Assembly (NCBI GenBank): GCA_037131125.1
Contig: JBAXRR010000002.1
Span: forward strand, 21,605-85,604
Source of the DNA: a bacterium
GTDB lineage: Bacteria; Patescibacteriota; Dojkabacteria; GCA-016699595; JBAXKR01
Direction: 5' to 3'
Length of the DNA stretch: 64,000 bases
The notes under the pieces are model-generated. The model worked only from the letters and a program-made list of their open reading frames with translations, did no database searches and had not been told where the DNA came from. The first letter of the stretch is position 1; every line of letters begins with the position of its first letter. Of this stretch, positions 59,871-64,000 are shown piece by piece. The translations under genes and the position numbers were made by a program.

Positions 59871-61283
59871 ATGGCATTCTTAGATCATACACACAAAGCT
59901 TCTCCTCTAACTAGAATAGGCGGAAGAGGTTTGTCCCCAGATACATCAGAAACATTAAATACAACTTCAAAGATAAGAACCATTGCAAATACCCTCCTTT
60001 ATGATATTGGACTAGCGATAAGACAAGGAAAATTAACTGTTGAAAATAAAGTTAAAGCAAGAGTTGCAGGTAGTGCTACAGTATTAGGATCTGTTGTTAG
60101 TGTAGCAATTTTTGCAATTAGTTCAGGTTTTATAAAGTTACCCCCAATTTCAGCTGCAAGTGTTACAGAAAATTCTGAACCAAATAAAGTATTAGAGGTA
60201 AAACCAACAGAGAAACCAGAACAAATAGCTACTATAGCAGCAGTGCTTCCTACAGTTGAACCTACCAATACACCTGAACCAACTAAAACAGCATTACCTA
60301 CTGCAACATTACCACCAACTGTTGAACCATCACCTACCCCAATTGTTGAAAAAGTTAAGGTTAGTGACGGAATACAATTCAATAAAGATACGAATCTTAT
60401 TAGTATAAAAGGGATTAATGGTGAAATTGAAAAAAGTATTACAATTTCAGGAACAAATATTTTAAAATTCGAAGTAGCTAGTGTGACAAAAGAAGCAACA
60501 AATACTCTAGTATTAAAATTGAGTATAGATAACAAAGTTAATACATTCAAAATAAAATTGGGTGAAAAAAATGAAGAGATCACTGTTGCCCCATATTCAT
60601 TTAGGGGGGGAAATGTGCTTTTCAATGGCAGAATATTGGTTGCTTCTGAAGAAAATAAAGAAAAAAAATTAATTGATAGAATTATGTTCCTAGCAGGAAA
60701 ACTCGATGAAGCAAAAATTGCTGCAAAAATTAAAAAAGAAGCAGCAAAACCAAGCTTTACTTTCACAAATAATATGATAATTTTTGCAAGAACTCTAATG
60801 AGACCTTACTGGGGAGTAAATGAGGAAAGAAATAGGGTAATAGAATTAAATACTAGTGAGTATCCAGAAGTTGGTAGAATGACAGGTATTTTTTTTGGTG
60901 AGCAACTTACTGAAAATTCAGAAACTCAGATTACTGACTATGTAAATTTTTTAAAAAATAACGCAACGGTTTTGGGAATTAAAAACATAACAGTGGAAGA
61001 GCTGAAAATGAGAGCATCTGGTTTAGATAATTCTACAATAATGGGAGATCTTGGTATTAATAGTAGGAGGATTTCCTTCACGGATAGTGAAACAGGAGAA
61101 ATATTTTCCGTTGACACTTCACCATATATTGAAGATTCTGGAGAGCTTTCGGCAAAAATAAGAGCTCAAAAGGAACCACTTCCTGCTTATGTATCAATTT
61201 TAGGTAATCTTACAGCAAGTTTACCAGAGACAGAGGATCCAAGTAATATGACTGCAAAGGTTCTCTTAGAGAGTATGAGATAA
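59871..61283 (+). CDS. Secreted or membrane-anchored hypothetical protein (470 aa) with a Pro/Thr-rich linker; contains a G7 homopolymer.
   Basis: TM at about aa 70-90 (VLGSVVSVAIFAISSGFI). A PT-rich linker (PTVEPTNTPEPTKTALPTATLPPTVEPSPTP). G7 run at 60604..60610. Confidence 0.5.
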   Translation: MAFLDHTHKASPLTRIGGRGLSPDTSETLNTTSKIRTIANTLLYDIGLAIRQGKLTVENKVKARVAGSATVLGSVVSVAIFAISSGFIKLPPISAASVTENSEPNKVLEVKPTEKPEQIATIAAVLPTVEPTNTPEPTKTALPTATLPPTVEPSPTPIVEKVKVSDGIQFNKDTNLISIKGINGEIEKSITISGTNILKFEVASVTKEATNTLVLKLSIDNKVNTFKIKLGEKNEEITVAPYSFRGGNVLFNGRILVASEENKEKKLIDRIMFLAGKLDEAKIAAKIKKEAAKPSFTFTNNMIIFARTLMRPYWGVNEERNRVIELNTSEYPEVGRMTGIFFGEQLTENSETQITDYVNFLKNNATVLGIKNITVEELKMRASGLDNSTIMGDLGINSRRISFTDSETGEIFSVDTSPYIEDSGELSAKIRAQKEPLPAYVSILGNLTASLPETEDPSNMTAKVLLESMR

Positions 61284-61394
61284 ATTCAGGTTACACAAAT
61301 TCACTAGTAAAACTACCACTTGCAGTTATTCAAACATTAGGTAATAATATATTCAGTTCCTAGTCGCCCGTGACAATATTATTATTGTATTATT

Positions 61395-64000
61395 ATGCTA
61401 ACTGCTACCAATATTAGGACAAAAATATTTAGGTTATTTCTGTTATTGTTTTTCATAACCTCATTCTACTTAGTGCTATTTCAGCCAAAGGAAGTATCTG
61501 CAATGATATGTCGGGGTATTTGTGTTAAATACTGCACAACTATTTATGGGGAGAGGTATATTTGTAATACCAGAGGAGTAACTGCCACAGTTAATTGTAA
61601 TGGATCATGTGGAGATCCTGAGCTATATAATCAATGTAATGCTGATGAGGAATTATCTTCAACTGGAACAATTGGAGGAAGCTCTTGCCCTCCCGCATGT
61701 AGTAGTTATGTATGGTCATATGGTTGCAATAATAATAAATGTACAGGAAATATTGTATGTGCAGATAATGGTTATACCAGTTGGGGTAATTGCTTAGCAA
61801 GTTGTCCAGCAGATACTTCAACCACTCCACCTTATGTGGCTCCGGGTGATCCACCTTGTGACTGGATAGTTGGAAACAGAAATGACTGTGAATGTAGAAT
61901 GAAGTATTCAAACGAAGCTGTTGATAACGGTCAAAATTGTGGTGGATCTAATCAACAAGCACCAAGAGGATGTTCATATCAAGGAGATGCTAATCATGGT
62001 TGTTGTTGCCATCAAAGTCCTCCTCCTCCTCCTCCAAGGTATCGCTGTACAGCAAATTCATGTGCTTATGGTAATCAAAATGGAAATTATGTAGGTAATC
62101 CTACTTGTAGTGGAAATTGTGGTGTTAAATGTACAATTTCTAGAGATGATGGAACACAAGTAAATTCAGGGAGTATGAACCAAAATACTGGACTTTGTGA
62201 CGGAACTGGAGGTAACGTTAATATGGTTAGGAGTGTTACAAACAAAGTTAGCAATCCTGCTAAATTTAAATTAACTTGTAGTTCAGAGGAATTCATTTCA
62301 GGAAATAATGTTAATAGACATTGGTCTATTACAAACATAAAGTATGATAATACCGATATATATAATAATCCGGGAACAGGAATAGTTACTACTCAACCAG
62401 CAGAAATAATTAATTTTAATCCAGCTGCAACAGTGGTACCGACATCTGGATTAATTTCAGTTAAGAGCATGTTTATGAATTTCCGTGTTAGTTACCCTAT
62501 TGAGACTACTGGGATTTCCGCAAGCGGAATAACCTGTGATAATAAGGTTAATCTTGAAAAGCTTGGGGATTCAGTTGGAGGTGAATTTTATGACCAATAC
62601 TCATACACCTGCAGCAAGCTAAATAATCCAGTTGATACGCAAGCGACTCAACAAAATCTACTGAGAGATGAGATTGCAAAAAGATTAAATGGGCCATTAA
62701 GTGGTGGAGTTCCAATTGCACCCAAATGGGGAACTTTCACAAGAGTAGGAAATGGCCCAATTACAACTAGTACAGCAACTACCTCTATTAATAATGATAC
62801 TATTACAACTACACCTGATTCTTTATGTGCAGGAATTCCATGTATTACAGATAAGTTTACAGATATTTTATACTTTAAAGTTAAACATAAGAGTACATAT
62901 ACTCCACCTACGGGTGTTAATTGTACAGACCTTTACCCACTTACGACAGAAGTTACAGGAACATATTATCAATTAATTTGTGCAACTGGTGATACAGCTA
63001 TTACTCAAGCTAATCTTGCTGATTATGCTAGACAAATGCTAAACGGCTCAGGATATAAACCAAATACAAGCCTAGGAATGGGTATTCCTGTTTTTGATGG
63101 AGTATCCCAGTATAACTATACTGATCCTGTTTCAAGTAGCACAAGTACACCAAATGTTACCCCAAGACTTCAAAATGTATATGCCAAAACAGAAGATCCA
63201 AATCTTCAAAAAAATACATTCACAGCGTATTTTGAGGTTAAATTTAAAGATGGTATTACTTATGGAAGTAAAAATATTGATGTTACAGTTACCGATGGAT
63301 ATACAGGAAATCCATCATCAGCAACAGTAAGAGTATCTCAAACGATAGATACATCACTTCCCAAAGTTACCAGAACCATGGAAGTTCAAAGTATGAATAA
63401 GTTCAATGTTAAGAGTGTAGCAACAGATGATCATTCACTTAAAACACATGCTTACTATATAGCTCCTACTAAGTATCAGACGGCTGGGACAAGTGTAACT
63501 CCAGATAATTATCCATTCTTAGCTCAACATAGGGATATGAGTTACTTAGAAGCTAATCAGATAAAAAGTATTTCTGCAGTTACACCTGCAAACGATTTCG
63601 CTAGTGTATCTAATCTAACTAATGAGGGATCTAATTCTGCATATTTCATTTCAAGATCCCTTGCTGCAAATACATTAACAGATACAAGAGAAGCACAATA
63701 TGAATTAGATTTAACAAAACTATCTAACCAGACACAAGCTTATGATTTAACCTTTGGAAATGGGAAAGATAGTGTTAACGGAAGTATATCTAATAATGGA
63801 TTTGGTAGATGGTATGCTGAAGACTCCTTCTGTAATGCATCCTCTCCTGCCCCACAGGATATATCTGTAGGTTCGCCATGGTTACAAAGTAGAGTTGGTA
63901 GCACATATATTAAAGGACCATCTTTAACAAATACGACTTACGCAGCAAATGAATCTATTCATCAGATAACTTCAGGCTGTGTTCCCCTTAGCAGTAGTTT
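61395..64000 (+). CDS. Partial (N-terminal >=868 aa) giant Cys-rich secreted protein that runs off the window end; not in the ORF track because no stop falls inside the window.
   Basis: ATG at 61395 with no stops in frame to 64000. Signal peptide MLTATNIRTKIFRLFLLLFFITSFYLVLFQPKEVSA. Cys-rich N-terminal region (CRGICVKYC...CNGSCGDP...CCCHQSPPPPPPRYRC), then Thr/Asn-rich beta-type sequence. Confidence 0.6.
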   Translation, partial: MLTATNIRTKIFRLFLLLFFITSFYLVLFQPKEVSAMICRGICVKYCTTIYGERYICNTRGVTATVNCNGSCGDPELYNQCNADEELSSTGTIGGSSCPPACSSYVWSYGCNNNKCTGNIVCADNGYTSWGNCLASCPADTSTTPPYVAPGDPPCDWIVGNRNDCECRMKYSNEAVDNGQNCGGSNQQAPRGCSYQGDANHGCCCHQSPPPPPPRYRCTANSCAYGNQNGNYVGNPTCSGNCGVKCTISRDDGTQVNSGSMNQNTGLCDGTGGNVNMVRSVTNKVSNPAKFKLTCSSEEFISGNNVNRHWSITNIKYDNTDIYNNPGTGIVTTQPAEIINFNPAATVVPTSGLISVKSMFMNFRVSYPIETTGISASGITCDNKVNLEKLGDSVGGEFYDQYSYTCSKLNNPVDTQATQQNLLRDEIAKRLNGPLSGGVPIAPKWGTFTRVGNGPITTSTATTSINNDTITTTPDSLCAGIPCITDKFTDILYFKVKHKSTYTPPTGVNCTDLYPLTTEVTGTYYQLICATGDTAITQANLADYARQMLNGSGYKPNTSLGMGIPVFDGVSQYNYTDPVSSSTSTPNVTPRLQNVYAKTEDPNLQKNTFTAYFEVKFKDGITYGSKNIDVTVTDGYTGNPSSATVRVSQTIDTSLPKVTRTMEVQSMNKFNVKSVATDDHSLKTHAYYIAPTKYQTAGTSVTPDNYPFLAQHRDMSYLEANQIKSISAVTPANDFASVSNLTNEGSNSAYFISRSLAANTLTDTREAQYELDLTKLSNQTQAYDLTFGNGKDSVNGSISNNGFGRWYAEDSFCNASSPAPQDISVGSPWLQSRVGSTYIKGPSLTNTTYAANESIHQITSGCVPLSSS

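Noticed and set aside
1-64000. CRISPR arrays, rRNA genes, transposases or integrases.
   Set aside because: No regularly spaced short repeats with unique spacers were seen. No rRNA-like conserved stretches and no DDE/tyrosine-recombinase-like ORFs are present in the window.
1-64000. Alternative genetic code (for example UGA or UAG reassignment as in Gracilibacteria or SR1).
   Set aside because: All conserved genes (glyA, cysS, gatB, pnp, recJ) read through as full-length under the standard code with no in-frame stops.

Overview
The window is AT-rich, compact and gene-dense, and its gene content looks like a Patescibacteria/CPR-type bacterium under the standard genetic code. The CPR assignment is an inference.

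Housekeeping genes present:
- folD, glyA, cysS, gatB, recJ, apbE, fmt, trmD
- ftsA and ftsQ
- pnp, murJ, holA
- tRNA-Ser(GCU)

A fermentative operon is encoded at 30081..35482: flavodoxin, ADP-forming acetyl-CoA synthetase, and the alpha/gamma and beta subunits of a 2-oxoacid:ferredoxin oxidoreductase.

The rest of the window is dominated by cell-surface biology:
- A sortase sits next to a GT39/PMT-type glycosyltransferase, a second polytopic membrane protein and a DinD/Bro-N-like protein.
- At least four large Cys-rich secreted or membrane-anchored paralogs occur, two of them partial at the window edges.
- Two proteins carry sortase sorting signals: one with LPGTA and one with LAVTG.
- A 2162-aa protein carries beta-propeller, Kelch and DUF1566 domains.
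- Several other secreted proteins have Ser/Thr-rich linkers.

An AbiEi/AbiEii pair (type IV toxin-antitoxin / abortive infection) lies next to the tRNA-Ser gene. An imperfect 23-bp direct repeat pair sits upstream of it.

The strongest structural anomaly is a ~158-bp near-perfect direct repeat. It duplicates the 3' end of a conserved-hypothetical gene and brackets a ~2.3-kb islet encoding two secreted proteins, which looks like an integration or cassette-exchange scar.

Other candidates for a second look:
- An ftsA gene translationally coupled to an unknown 692-aa bitopic protein, with ftsQ divergent.
- A 1037-aa orphan cytoplasmic protein that precedes two small membrane-protein genes.
- A G7 homopolymer inside a surface-protein gene.
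- A long hairpin in the pnp leader, with no rpsO upstream.

No CRISPR array, rRNA or recognisable transposase/integrase gene was seen.
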